64,000 nucleotides of DNA from contig MFEK01000010.1 of the NCBI GenBank assembly GCA_001779925.1, forward strand, positions 19,377 through 83,376, read 5' to 3'. A program made the position numbers and the translations under genes. Within the stretch, counting starts at the first letter, position 1, and every line of letters starts with the position of its first letter. The notes under the pieces are model-generated. The model did no database searches. It saw only the letters and a list, made by a program, of their open reading frames with translations, and had not been told where the DNA came from. Below, piece by piece: positions 10,271 through 19,385 of this stretch. The DNA comes from Candidatus Doudnabacteria bacterium RIFCSPHIGHO2_01_FULL_46_14. Lineage in GTDB: Bacteria; Patescibacteriota; Doudnabacteria; UBA920; 2-01-FULL-46-14.

Positions 10271-10633
10271 TCAGACATCAACCATGACCTTAAATCCACC
10301 GTAGGCAAAACGCTTCATATCAAACGGCATATCTTTCATTGCATCCTTACCGTACTTTTTTTCATAATACGCCATGACTTTTTTGTTTACCGTGTCGCGG
10401 TGTGCCCGAGATTTATAAACTATAAACGAAAACCATACTGTCTCGTCCGGCTTGGTTTTCGCCATTTTTGGAAATGTGTTGATGACCCATTTGGGTTTCG
10501 CGTCATCGAGAATACACTCTTTGTAATCGAGAGCGCCGAATCTTTTCCATACCTTGGATGCATCGCTTGCCATCTTTTTGTATTTACCAGTGTTCTTTTT
10601 TGGAACAGGAATCACAAAACCGTCTACATACAT
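10271..10633 (-). CDS. DUF1428 family protein
   Basis: MYVDGFVIPVP...MPFDMKRFAYGGF. Confidence 0.9.
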   Translation of the reverse strand: MYVDGFVIPVPKKNTGKYKKMASDASKVWKRFGALDYKECILDDAKPKWVINTFPKMAKTKPDETVWFSFIVYKSRAHRDTVNKKVMAYYEKKYGKDAMKDMPFDMKRFAYGGFKVMVDV

Positions 10634-10657
10634 AATTGTTTTAGTTATTAATAATAG

Positions 10658-11182
10658 TTATCGGTTATTATTGTAAGCCTTTTCTAGATCAGCAATTACG
10701 ATTTTTTTCATTTGGAGCATGGCCTGCATCACGCGGCCGGCCTTGTCTTTATCCGGATCGGACAGCAACTCACCTAAAATCCTCGGGGTGACCTGCCAAG
10801 TGATGCCGTATTTGTCCGAAAGCCACCCGCATTGCCGGGTTTTAGGGTCACCTCCGGAGGTGAGTTTATTCCAAAAATGATCCACTTCTTCCTGATTTTC
10901 GCAATCAATGAGCAGAGAAATCTGTCCGCTTTTTGGAAAAATGCCGGGGCCGCCATCGAGGGCCATGAACCTCTGCCCGGCAAGTTCAAACACCGCAGTC
11001 AAAACTTTTCCATTCACTTCTTTTGGCCACGGCGGGTTTGGGATATTATCCGGATACTTCTGGATGCTCACTACTCGGGAATTGCCGGAACCGCCCGGAG
11101 CACTGTTAAATACTGCCACGTAAAAATTTACTGCCTCTTCGCAGTCTTTCTCAAACCATAGAAACGGAGTGATCTTTTGCAT
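10658..11182 (-). CDS. VOC family (PhnB-like) protein
   Basis: MQKITPFLWF, QCGWLSDKYGITWQV, VMQAMLQMKK. Confidence 0.9.
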   Translation of the reverse strand: MQKITPFLWFEKDCEEAVNFYVAVFNSAPGGSGNSRVVSIQKYPDNIPNPPWPKEVNGKVLTAVFELAGQRFMALDGGPGIFPKSGQISLLIDCENQEEVDHFWNKLTSGGDPKTRQCGWLSDKYGITWQVTPRILGELLSDPDKDKAGRVMQAMLQMKKIVIADLEKAYNNNR

Positions 11183-11280
11183 TATTTATTCTTTAATTTT
11201 TTTGACTTTCTACTTGCTGGCCAGCAAATCGGACACGGACCTTTTCCCGAATATTTATGGCCGCGGCTGCAGATTTTCAT
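11182..11280 (-). CDS. 32-aa Cys/His micro-protein
   Basis: MKICSRGHKYSGKGPCPICWPASRKSKKLKNK*; overlaps both neighbours (TGATG and TAATG). Confidence 0.7.
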   Translation of the reverse strand: MKICSRGHKYSGKGPCPICWPASRKSKKLKNK

Positions 11281-11687
11281 CACATTCCTTTCGGCTGCAG
11301 CATGCCCAGGCGGTTGCCTTCGGGGTCGATAAATGAAGCGAACAGCCCTACTCCTGGGATGTCGTCAAACTCCGCGCCCTGGCCGCCGATAAATTTCCCG
11401 CCTGCATCAATCACTTTTTGCTTGTGCTCGCGGATGTCATCAACCGCGATGACTATGGACGGAACATTGTCTTTATCAACTCTGGGGTAAAGCCCGCCAT
11501 TGATCCTGTTAGTTTGTTTGAGCATGCCCATGCTATCCGTTTCATCTGTCGCGGCAAGGACATAGTTGTTCATCTCGGCTCCAAGCTGCTTGAGATTCCA
11601 GCCAAAAGTCTGCTGATAAAATTTTTTCATCCGCTCCATGTCATCCCCAGGAAGCTCAAAATGCACTACCGGATTCATTTTACCCAT
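11280..11687 (-). CDS. VOC/glyoxalase family protein
   Basis: PVVHFEL, FYQQTFGW, INGG, FIDPEGNRLGMLQ. Confidence 0.9.
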   Translation of the reverse strand: MGKMNPVVHFELPGDDMERMKKFYQQTFGWNLKQLGAEMNNYVLAATDETDSMGMLKQTNRINGGLYPRVDKDNVPSIVIAVDDIREHKQKVIDAGGKFIGGQGAEFDDIPGVGLFASFIDPEGNRLGMLQPKGM

Positions 11688-11807
11688 AAATTTCCGCTAT
11701 TAATTATAAATCAATAATACCTCAACTGATAAAAATTTGCATATGTACAAAATGCCAGTGTCCTGCGATAGATTCCGCAGAACACTGGCATTAACGAACA
11801 ACCGCGT

Positions 11808-12437
11808 TCAGGCCTCAACAACGATGAACTCATTACCGCAATAGATGCACTCGTTACGGCCCAAGCTCAGACTGTAAAGGCTGCGGTGGCAAGTCCGATT
11901 CGGGCAAGCCGCATCGTATGTCCCGGCGTAATACGACCCCGTCACTCTCGGGAGGCCGCGGCCTTGTGAGGTTCCACTGGAACCGGCTCCTGCTCGCGCA
12001 GCCATGACTCGCTGTTCCGGCAGAAACCGCCGGGCGACTTTTTCAGAGAGAACGATCCATTTGTGATCATCACCGACCGCTTCAATCACCTCTCTGGTTC
12101 CCGGCTCAAATTCCGGATCCCAGGGCTTGTTGCTGTCATATGGCCGGCGATCCACGATCTCGGCGCACTTCCGGGCAACCTCTCGGTCAAAAGACAGGGC
12201 GACGATCGGCGCGGAATTGTTCTTCCACGCCTTGTTGTCCGGCCGGAAATCGCGATCACCTCGCTGATCAGGGATCTCATCCAAAAACGTTACGATGCCG
12301 GACCGTTCAGTCAGACCGATAGCGCCTCCGTTGAACGATTGCTCCGCTCCAAAACATTGAGTCAAGGTGGCAAAGCGAACACCGGCAGTAGCTCGCCACA
12401 GTCCGCCCGATTGAGTTACCGCAAAAATCTGTTCCAT
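11808..12437 (-). CDS. hypothetical protein with C-terminal Cys cluster (possible Zn ribbon)
   Basis: SD AGGAGG; C-terminal CPNRTC...CIYC; downstream hairpin at 11752-11792. Confidence 0.6.
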   Translation of the reverse strand: MEQIFAVTQSGGLWRATAGVRFATLTQCFGAEQSFNGGAIGLTERSGIVTFLDEIPDQRGDRDFRPDNKAWKNNSAPIVALSFDREVARKCAEIVDRRPYDSNKPWDPEFEPGTREVIEAVGDDHKWIVLSEKVARRFLPEQRVMAARAGAGSSGTSQGRGLPRVTGSYYAGTYDAACPNRTCHRSLYSLSLGRNECIYCGNEFIVVEA

Positions 12438-12565
12438 AGCACTTACCTCCTGCTAAAATTTTCCTACATAACCGATAATTTACAGCAAATACCCGGCTTT
12501 GTCTATGCTTGCCGGAAACCCTTTTTTTAGATACCATGCCCCCACCAAACTTTCGGGAGGAAAAG

Positions 12566-12859
12566 ATGAACAAGTTGCTGTTGCAAGTAATGCTTGCGGG
12601 TCTCGGGATCATCGTATTGGGTACTGCCCTCAGCGCGGCATTGGGGAAATCTCTGACGGCGAACCCACTCCACGTCATTGGTCTGACCGTCGTGATCGTT
12701 CCCTTGGCTATTTATCCCATCGTGGCACTCAAGGAAAAACTCGGTCCCGCATATTGGGGTACGTCTTTGTTCCTGGCAGTATCGCTGATCGTTGTTGCGC
12801 TGTTTCTAGGAGCGCATACCAAAGGCTTCGGAGAGCTGTTCTCAAGCTTCATACCGTAA
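12566..12859 (+). CDS. small 3-TM membrane protein
   Basis: GGGAGG SD before ATG 12566; hydrophobic. Confidence 0.6.
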   Translation: MNKLLLQVMLAGLGIIVLGTALSAALGKSLTANPLHVIGLTVVIVPLAIYPIVALKEKLGPAYWGTSLFLAVSLIVVALFLGAHTKGFGELFSSFIP

Positions 12860-12927
12860 ACAATCAACAGAACTACCACAAAAAACTAGCCGTGGCCTTC
12901 ACCAATCGGTGACTGGCCGCGGCTGTT

Positions 12928-13144
12928 TCATTTTATATTGGTAATTTTATAGACTTTACCCTTTTTATCATAAGTAATCCACTGCCCAGTCTGTTTGCCT
13001 TTTATAAAATGCCCGGAACGCATGAGACTGTCATCTTTTCTAAACCATTCCCAATACCCATGCATCTTCCCAGCCAGCAAAACTACCCTTGGCCCAGACC
13101 GAACCGTCTTTGTGATAATGAATGTGTTTGGTGATTTTCGGCAT
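12928..13144 (-). pseudogene. frameshifted MORN-variant repeat (YwqK-like) small protein
   Basis: MPKITKHIHYHKDGSVWAKGS, then +1 frame LAGKMHGYWEWFRKDDSLMRSGHFIKGKQTGQWITYDKKGKVYKIT; one extra base in the A run at 13079-13082. Confidence 0.7.
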
Positions 13145-13221
13145 ATTTCAATTATAGTAAAACAAGAAGCGCAGACATCCCACTTAAAGGATGTCTGCGC
13201 CTTGTAGTCTAGCGATAGGGC

Positions 13222-13623
13222 CTAGTCGTCGACCACAGCAATGAATTGACAACGAATGTTGCCGTAGCTGAGCTTTTCTTCGGTGGTTCCGCGCGTCGGT
13301 TCGGAATGCTCATCAGGAAACATCGATTTCCACGGACCGTTCAGAACCTCTTTGTTCTTTTTGTCGCCCATGAAGACTTTCACATCGATGATGTCGTCAA
13401 CCGTGCCGCCGGCCGTTTCGACCGTGGTTTTCATGTTCTGAAGCAGCAGGGTACTCTCTTCCTGGATCGTGTCTGGAAATCGGTGCCCCTTGCCCTTCTT
13501 TCCTTCCTCGGGATAGAAACCGAAGATGCCGGAACTCGTGATCACGTTCCCCTTTCGAGTCACGTTCGGAATCGGATTATCGTGCAATAGTGTCGGAATA
13601 TGGTAACTCACTCGCTTGCTCAT
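13222..13623 (-). CDS. RidA/YjgF family protein
   Basis: AGGTVDDIIDVKVF, WKSMFPD..PTR. Confidence 0.85.
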   Translation of the reverse strand: MSKRVSYHIPTLLHDNPIPNVTRKGNVITSSGIFGFYPEEGKKGKGHRFPDTIQEESTLLLQNMKTTVETAGGTVDDIIDVKVFMGDKKNKEVLNGPWKSMFPDEHSEPTRGTTEEKLSYGNIRCQFIAVVDD

Positions 13624-13637
13624 ACGTTGCCCCCTTG

Positions 13638-14672
13638 TTATGTAACTGTGATCCACTGCTCGATTTTCGGGTAAACTCGTCGAGCATTTTTTTCGAACAC
13701 TTTGTCTCGGTCATCCTCGCTAATTTCCAGCGCATCGATATACAGCTTGGTGTTGTCGTAGTGATCTCCGGTTTCCGGATTGATCACTTCAGGGAACGCA
13801 CCGTCTGACTCGTCGCCGAACAAGATGAAATCCGCTGCAATCGCGTCAAACAACGCCCTCATGTTTCTCTTTTTATACATGCAGGAGTCCACGAGAAGAT
13901 TGCCCTGTTCCATCAGCTGATGTGGATTCGCCCAGCCCTGTTTCTTGTTGAACGCAGCCAGTGCCTCGAACCTGCCGTCCTGGCAAGCGAGAGGACCTCC
14001 TCCGTGCGGAATCACAAATCGCAGCCGGGGAAAGTCCTTAAAAAGCTGTGAGGCAAACACCATGGGCAAAACAACTCCGACTGTGTCGCCGACGAGATAG
14101 TGCACGGCGGTGTGAGGGAAATTGTCATTGCACGACTCGCTGGCATGAATCACCAGCGGCACATCCATGGCCTCGGCGGCTTCAAACACCGGATACCACT
14201 GCCGGCCTGTGAAAGGCTGTCCTTGCCATCTGGCGCCGGTGCCGTCCGGATCGAAATTGAAACCAATGAATCCCTGTTCCACCCACTTCACCAACTGCTT
14301 TGCACATTTCTCCGCCGGGACGCTCGGGTGCTGCCCCAGCATACCGATCGGCGCGAACGTGCCTTTGTTGAGCTGCGCAGCGCGGAGTACGAGACCATTG
14401 TTCAAATCGGCCCAGATCTCGTTTTGTTCTGCCGTGCCGTCATGAGTGGCCATGGCTTTGGCGCGGGGTGATGCTCCGGCCAAATCAATCCGGCGAGCTG
14501 CCATAAGTCCGAGCACGGTTGCAAGGGTTTGCTGGATAGCCTCATCGCCGAGATCCGGTGGGTCAGGATTTTCGCCTCTGAGCTGTCGCTCGCGGAAATT
14601 CTCGACAATGGCAAGCTTTGCCAGCCTCACCAAATGCTGATGGATATTGATGATCATCCGACGTCTTTTCAT
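13638..14672 (-). CDS. amidohydrolase-2 family, LigJ/4-oxalomesaconate hydratase-like
   Basis: MIINIHQH, GFIGFNFDPD, LFKDFPRLRFVIPHGGG, NPETGDHYDNTKLYID, VFEKNARRVYP. Confidence 0.75.
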   Translation of the reverse strand: MKRRRMIINIHQHLVRLAKLAIVENFRERQLRGENPDPPDLGDEAIQQTLATVLGLMAARRIDLAGASPRAKAMATHDGTAEQNEIWADLNNGLVLRAAQLNKGTFAPIGMLGQHPSVPAEKCAKQLVKWVEQGFIGFNFDPDGTGARWQGQPFTGRQWYPVFEAAEAMDVPLVIHASESCNDNFPHTAVHYLVGDTVGVVLPMVFASQLFKDFPRLRFVIPHGGGPLACQDGRFEALAAFNKKQGWANPHQLMEQGNLLVDSCMYKKRNMRALFDAIAADFILFGDESDGAFPEVINPETGDHYDNTKLYIDALEISEDDRDKVFEKNARRVYPKIEQWITVT

Positions 14673-14840
14673 ACTGCCTCCGTTGTTTTTTCAGTCGCAA
14701 AGTAAAAACTGCGATTAACTATTGTATCTATTAATCAGAGCCCGGTCAAAGCAGTATATCCCTAAATAACGATAATAATATATTGACAAACGATAAATAG
14801 TAGATTATTCTGTATTTGTTAATAAACTAATAGCTTGTTT

Positions 14841-15365
14841 ATGAATGAAGAAATGTCCGCCCAAGGCGGATCCGCCTCTGGCGGAAAAAAAGGTTCTACT
14901 TGGTTCTTGAGAGGGGTTCTTTTGATCATGGCGCTCATTGCCCTGGCTGTCGGTATTTTTGCGGTCCCTGCGATATACAACGCCACGCCAAAAGAATATC
15001 CAGTTGATATAAATTATCTCCGCTTATTTGTCGGCGGTTTATACCTCTCCATAATCCCCTTTTACGTGGCACTGTACCAGGCTCTGAAACTTTTGAACTT
15101 CATAGACCACGACACGGCTTTCTCGGAGGCTTCAGTGAGTGCGCTAAAAACTATAAAATACTCCGCAATCGCAGTTAGTGTTTTGCATGGCACAGCTATA
15201 CCATTTTTGTTTCAGATAGCAGAACTCGACGATGCGCCGGGCGTATTAGTGCTGGCCTTGGCCTTTACCTGCGCGCCTCTGGTTATAGCTGTCTTTGCAG
15301 CCGTGCTCGAAAAGCTGCTCCAGAACGCAATCAGCATCAAATCAGAAAACGATTTAACAGTTTAA
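14841..15365 (+). CDS. DUF2975 membrane protein
   Basis: FSEASVSALKTIKY, DDAPG, IKSENDLTV. Confidence 0.9.
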   Translation: MNEEMSAQGGSASGGKKGSTWFLRGVLLIMALIALAVGIFAVPAIYNATPKEYPVDINYLRLFVGGLYLSIIPFYVALYQALKLLNFIDHDTAFSEASVSALKTIKYSAIAVSVLHGTAIPFLFQIAELDDAPGVLVLALAFTCAPLVIAVFAAVLEKLLQNAISIKSENDLTV

Positions 15366-15366
15366 T

Positions 15367-15570
15367 ATGGCGATCATCATAAACATAGACGTGATGCTGG
15401 CCAAGCGGAAAATGAGCGTCACTGAACTTGCGGAAAAAGTCGGCATAACCATGGCAAATATATCTGTATTGAAAAATGGAAAGGCGCGAGCCATCCGTTT
15501 CTCAACCCTTGAGGCCATCTGCAAGGCTTTGGATTGCCAGCCCGGAGATATTTTAGAATTTAAAAATTAA
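15367..15570 (+). CDS. Cro/C1-type HTH regulator (YozG-like)
   Basis: MAIIINIDVMLAKRKMSVTELAEKVGIT...DCQPGDILE. Confidence 0.92.
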   Translation: MAIIINIDVMLAKRKMSVTELAEKVGITMANISVLKNGKARAIRFSTLEAICKALDCQPGDILEFKN

Positions 15571-15581
15571 TAACCTATTTT

Positions 15582-16100
15582 ATGAATGAAAATATGTCCG
15601 CCAAAGGCGGATCCGCCTTTGGCGGAAAAAAAAGCTCAACAGTATTTCTACAGGTAGTAATTGTACTAATCGGAATCGTGACACTTGCAGTTATGATACG
15701 GTTTCCCTTGACCGAGGGGAGAGCCGCAAATTTGGACTTGTTTAGTATTTACGCTGATCCATTCCTGGTGTATGGCTACCTAGCGTCTATCGCATTTTTT
15801 GTTGCCCTGTATCAGGCGTTCAAATTACTCGGATATATCGGGCAAAATAAAGTATTCTCGCTAAACTCTGTGAAGGCTTTAAGGACTATAAAATATTGCG
15901 CAATCGTACTGAGCATCTTAATTGTGATGGCGGCAATATACATAAGGCTATCGTTTTCAGTTAAATCAGTTACAGATGATGATCCGGCCGGTTTTATTGC
16001 CGTAAGTATTGTGGCTACTTTTATTTCTGTCGTAATCGCCACGGCGGCGGCGATGTTTGAACGGATTTTACGAAATAATAATTCATCCCACAAATTATGA
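15582..16100 (+). CDS. second DUF2975 membrane protein
   Basis: ALYQAFKLLGYI, FSLNSVKALRTIKY, DDPAG. Confidence 0.88.
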   Translation: MNENMSAKGGSAFGGKKSSTVFLQVVIVLIGIVTLAVMIRFPLTEGRAANLDLFSIYADPFLVYGYLASIAFFVALYQAFKLLGYIGQNKVFSLNSVKALRTIKYCAIVLSILIVMAAIYIRLSFSVKSVTDDDPAGFIAVSIVATFISVVIATAAAMFERILRNNNSSHKL

Positions 16101-16166
16101 ACCCCGTTAGAAGTTTTGTATCACTTGTGACTAACGAGAAAAAGTTAAGTAAGAAAGCAAAAAAAT

Positions 16167-16508
16167 ATGGATGCTGAATTAAAAAATACTTCTAACGGGG
16201 TGAACAAACTTATACAACGAAGTTTATTCAATGCTCTAGGCACGATCGCCTATGTGTCTGTCGTGGTTACGATCATGCAAAACGGCGAAAAGATATTTGG
16301 GAGCATAAACCAAACCATCGCGCCGATAGCGATGCTAACTCTTTTCGTTCTCTCTGCGGCCGTGACCGGTAGCTTGGTTTTGGGCAAACCCGTGATGCTG
16401 TATCTAAACAACCAAAAAAACGAGGCGATAAAGCTGTTTGTTTACACGCTTTGCTGGCTTGCGTTAGCCGTTATAATTTTATTAATAGTCAGCGTTCAGT
16501 TTAAATAA
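16167..16508 (+). CDS. 3-TM membrane protein
   Basis: LFVLSAAVTGSLVLGKP hydrophobic ORF. Confidence 0.75.
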   Translation: MDAELKNTSNGVNKLIQRSLFNALGTIAYVSVVVTIMQNGEKIFGSINQTIAPIAMLTLFVLSAAVTGSLVLGKPVMLYLNNQKNEAIKLFVYTLCWLALAVIILLIVSVQFK

Positions 16509-16539
16509 AATAAAAAAGAAGCAATCTTTTTAAACATTC

Positions 16540-16797
16540 TTATTTCCCGCGATGGGGGCAGCCCATCCAGCAGCACGGCCGGCGCATCCCGCCTTTAAGC
16601 TTCGAGAGGGCCTTCTCAATACGGATACCCCTTGTCTCCATTTTTTTGCCTGACGTAACCCAGCAGATCCACTCATTGCGCGCGAGCGAGGTGATATCTT
16701 CCCATGCGGCTTGCGCTGCCGGGGCAGAAGCAATGGCCTTTCGTAAATCCGCTGGCATTATGTGTACCGTACCAGTTGAAATTTCTTTTTTAATCAT
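16540..16797 (-). CDS. YdeI/OmpD-associated family protein
   Basis: MPADLRKAI, ARNEWICWV, GMRRPCCWMGCPHR. Confidence 0.85.
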   Translation of the reverse strand: MIKKEISTGTVHIMPADLRKAIASAPAAQAAWEDITSLARNEWICWVTSGKKMETRGIRIEKALSKLKGGMRRPCCWMGCPHRGK

Positions 16798-16864
16798 ACT
16801 TCATTTTATCACTTTCACATTTAACAAAAAACCGAGGTTTGAACTCGGTTAGTTAATGTTTTTG

Positions 16865-16940
16865 TGGCTCCGGGGGTGGGACTCGAACCCACGACCAATT
16901 GATTAACAGTCAACTGCTCTACCAACTGAGCTACCCCGGA
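16865..16940 (-). tRNA. tRNA-Asn(GTT)
   Basis: TCCGGGG-TA-GCTCAGTTGGTAGAGC-A-GTTGA-CTGTTAA-TCAAT...GTGGGTTCGAGTCCCAC-CCCCGGA-GCCA. Confidence 0.97.
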
Positions 16941-16992
16941 ACATTTTGATACTTTGTTTATAGCCTGAGCGTAAGAGAATTTTACCAAAAAG

Positions 16993-17943
16993 TTATTGTT
17001 TGGTCAAAGCCTCCCTGTATGCAACTAGAACTTTCTGTCCGTGGGAGCCCGGATGGAATGACAGCTCATTGTCAGAAACAAGAATGTTCTCCTGCCTGCG
17101 GATGCGGTGCTTTTGATAGATTCCGAGCAGGTAATTCAAAACCGGAGCGATCGTATAGTCCAGGATCAACTCTAAAATCTTACCCGCGACGCTGAATCGA
17201 AAATCGAAAAATGGCACTGCCCTCTCGTACCGAACATTCGGCAGATAGCCTTTTATCCATTGGTTTTTTTGCCAAAATCTCTTGAGTGTATCGCCGCCGA
17301 TCACCGGCAGGAGACTGGCGTATTCGACCGCGGTATAAAGATTGCGATCATCGGTAATCTCGGTATCGTCCGCCAAATAATGGTTGAGGCAAAATCGGCC
17401 AGCAATTCTTTCCGCATACCTCCGCTGTCCCACCAGCTGAAAATATGCCGAAACCAGCGCGCGGGTCAGCCAAATGCGATTTTTTTTTGTGATGATAAAA
17501 AGATCAATGTCTGATCCGGACTCAGAGTTGAGTAGCGCCTGGGAGCCGGACAGGGCCACGGCCCGCACATATGGCAGGTGCCGCAAAAAACGCAAATATT
17601 TTTTGGTTTTGGCAAATCGCAGCAGCGAGATCTGGTAGCGGTGCTTTCTCTCGGCGATCAATTCTGCGCGACCGCGCAAAAAATACAGGCCTTCGCGATG
17701 CTCGACTTTGCCGGATAATTCTACGGTAATCGTGCTTTCGATTTCAGACAGGATTTCACCCCCACCTTTATCCTCCCCCCTCAAGGGGGAGGAATGGGAA
17801 CCGGTCCCCGCTTTTCCCTCCCCTTGAGGGGGAGGGACCGAGGGAGGGGTGTGAATTAGATAATTTTTCAGTTCCAGGCCCGTCAGCGCCATATCCTGCG
17901 TGTCAAAAAAAACCAGAGTGCTATAGGCTGAATTTTTCTGCAT
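16993..17943 (-). CDS. Pol-beta-like nucleotidyltransferase domain protein with in-frame family A insertion
   Basis: VALSGSQA...SDIDLFII, RFCLNHY; start uncertain. Confidence 0.75.
   Translation of the reverse strand: MQKNSAYSTLVFFDTQDMALTGLELKNYLIHTPPSVPPPQGEGKAGTGSHSSPLRGEDKGGGEILSEIESTITVELSGKVEHREGLYFLRGRAELIAERKHRYQISLLRFAKTKKYLRFLRHLPYVRAVALSGSQALLNSESGSDIDLFIITKKNRIWLTRALVSAYFQLVGQRRYAERIAGRFCLNHYLADDTEITDDRNLYTAVEYASLLPVIGGDTLKRFWQKNQWIKGYLPNVRYERAVPFFDFRFSVAGKILELILDYTIAPVLNYLLGIYQKHRIRRQENILVSDNELSFHPGSHGQKVLVAYREALTKQ
17757..17852. repeat. family A doublet (tails outward), translated in frame
   Basis: Encodes HTPPSVPPPQGEGKAGTGSHSSPLRGEDKGGG. Confidence 0.9.
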
Positions 17944-18268
17944 CAATTTCTTTCCACTCATCCTCCATGTCATTCCATTTATAAACCTTGAAAGTATTGA
18001 CCAATTCGCTGTCGGAAAATTTATATTCCACACGTGCTCCCTGCCCCTGCTGATGACTGTAGTGGTACTTTTTCCCCTCCACCTTGGGCTTTTGGCCAAA
18101 CTGCAGTTTCATGCGCCCCAGTGGCCCCTCGAAAACAACAAACTCGGCTACCCCGAGCTTGACCGGTCCGTCACCGGTTTCGTGAATGAGATCTTCAGTG
18201 CCTTGATCCTCAAGCGCAAACTGCTTTTTCACGATATCTTTGATTTGTTCCCATTTTTCTGGTGTCAT
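17921..18268 (-). CDS. conserved hypothetical protein
   Basis: 115-aa charged ORF in the gene run downstream of mutM. Confidence 0.75.
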   Translation of the reverse strand: MTPEKWEQIKDIVKKQFALEDQGTEDLIHETGDGPVKLGVAEFVVFEGPLGRMKLQFGQKPKVEGKKYHYSHQQGQGARVEYKFSDSELVNTFKVYKWNDMEDEWKEIDAEKFSL

Positions 18269-18321
18269 TGATTTTGCAATTGGCGACTGGTGATTAGCGA
18301 TTTGATTTCCTAATCGCTAAT

Positions 18322-19257
18322 TTACTTTTGGCAATGCGGGCAATACGAGCCTGTCCTGCCCCCCAATTTTACACGCATTATCTCTTCCCCGCAAACGCGG
18401 CAATTTTCCCCGTAGCGGCCATAAACCATGTGCACGCGGCCGTAGTGCCCCTCACTGCCGTCTACCCGAAAAAAATCTCCGACCGAGGAACCGCCCGCTT
18501 TCAATGCGCCTTTCAAGACCTTGGGGACAGCTCTATAGATTGCGGAAAAGTCTGCGAGGTCCAATGATCGCAAAACGCGCGCCGGTCGTATCTTGGCCCA
18601 GTATAATATTTCATCGGAATAAATATTACCGATGCCGGCTACGATTTTTGGATCCATGAGAAACTGTTTGATGGACAGCTTTGGCCGGGTCATCGCTTTG
18701 TCCATGAAGTATTGCACTGTAAATTTTTTGTCGTCAGGTTCAGGACCGTATTCCGCCAGCTCGCGCACGTGTTCGAGATCCTGATCACGCACTAGTCTGA
18801 GATATCCAAACTGCCGAATATCATTGTAATACAAATGACTGCCATCCGAAAATTTAAAAATCACGTGCGTGTACTGGTGAGGCAGGGTTTCTCTGCGCGA
18901 ATTCAAGGCATTGAAAATTTTCACAGCCTTTTTTTCGCCTTTTTTGGCAAAGATCATCTGCCCAGTCATTTTCAGGTGAACGAGAATAGTGAGCGGGCCC
19001 TGCCTGCCGGCAGGCAGGCCGGACAAATCAATCATCAGCATTTTGGCGCGCCGCGATACACCGATGATCTTGTGGCCGACAGCGAGCGTGCGGAATTTTT
19101 TTGCCGTAACGGCGGAGTTTTTACGGATGTTGCTCACCACGGCCGGTCCAATGCTGATGATCTTGGGCAAACGCACCTCGACATCAACTATCTTTTTACC
19201 AATGATAGTTTTTTCGAGACCTCTTCTGATGGTTTCAACTTCGGGTAGCTCGGGCAC
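18322..19257 (-). CDS. mutM: formamidopyrimidine-DNA glycosylase
   Basis: PELPEVET, HLKMTG, GIGNIYSDE, C-terminal C4 zinc finger. Confidence 0.96.
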   Translation of the reverse strand: MPELPEVETIRRGLEKTIIGKKIVDVEVRLPKIISIGPAVVSNIRKNSAVTAKKFRTLAVGHKIIGVSRRAKMLMIDLSGLPAGRQGPLTILVHLKMTGQMIFAKKGEKKAVKIFNALNSRRETLPHQYTHVIFKFSDGSHLYYNDIRQFGYLRLVRDQDLEHVRELAEYGPEPDDKKFTVQYFMDKAMTRPKLSIKQFLMDPKIVAGIGNIYSDEILYWAKIRPARVLRSLDLADFSAIYRAVPKVLKGALKAGGSSVGDFFRVDGSEGHYGRVHMVYGRYGENCRVCGEEIMRVKLGGRTGSYCPHCQK

Positions 19258-19258
19258 G

Positions 19259-19352
19259 AATGTAAAGTTTAAAAATCAAAATGTAAAATTACAGTGTAAA
19301 ATTTTAAAATTTTTAATTGTCATTTTGATCTTTGATATTTACATTTTAAATT
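19259..19352. repeat. AT-rich imperfect inverted array of ~7-nt units
   Basis: AATGTAAA/AAATCAAA/TGTAAAAT units mirrored by TTTTGATC/TTTACATTTT. Confidence 0.6.
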
Positions 19353-19385
19353 ATCTTCTCCGGGTGTATACTTATCTTACCATAT

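Noticed and set aside
16865-16940. tRNA-Asn as integration site of a prophage or island
   Set aside because: No integrase, and I found no duplicated tRNA 3' end, although accessory-type genes lie downstream of it.
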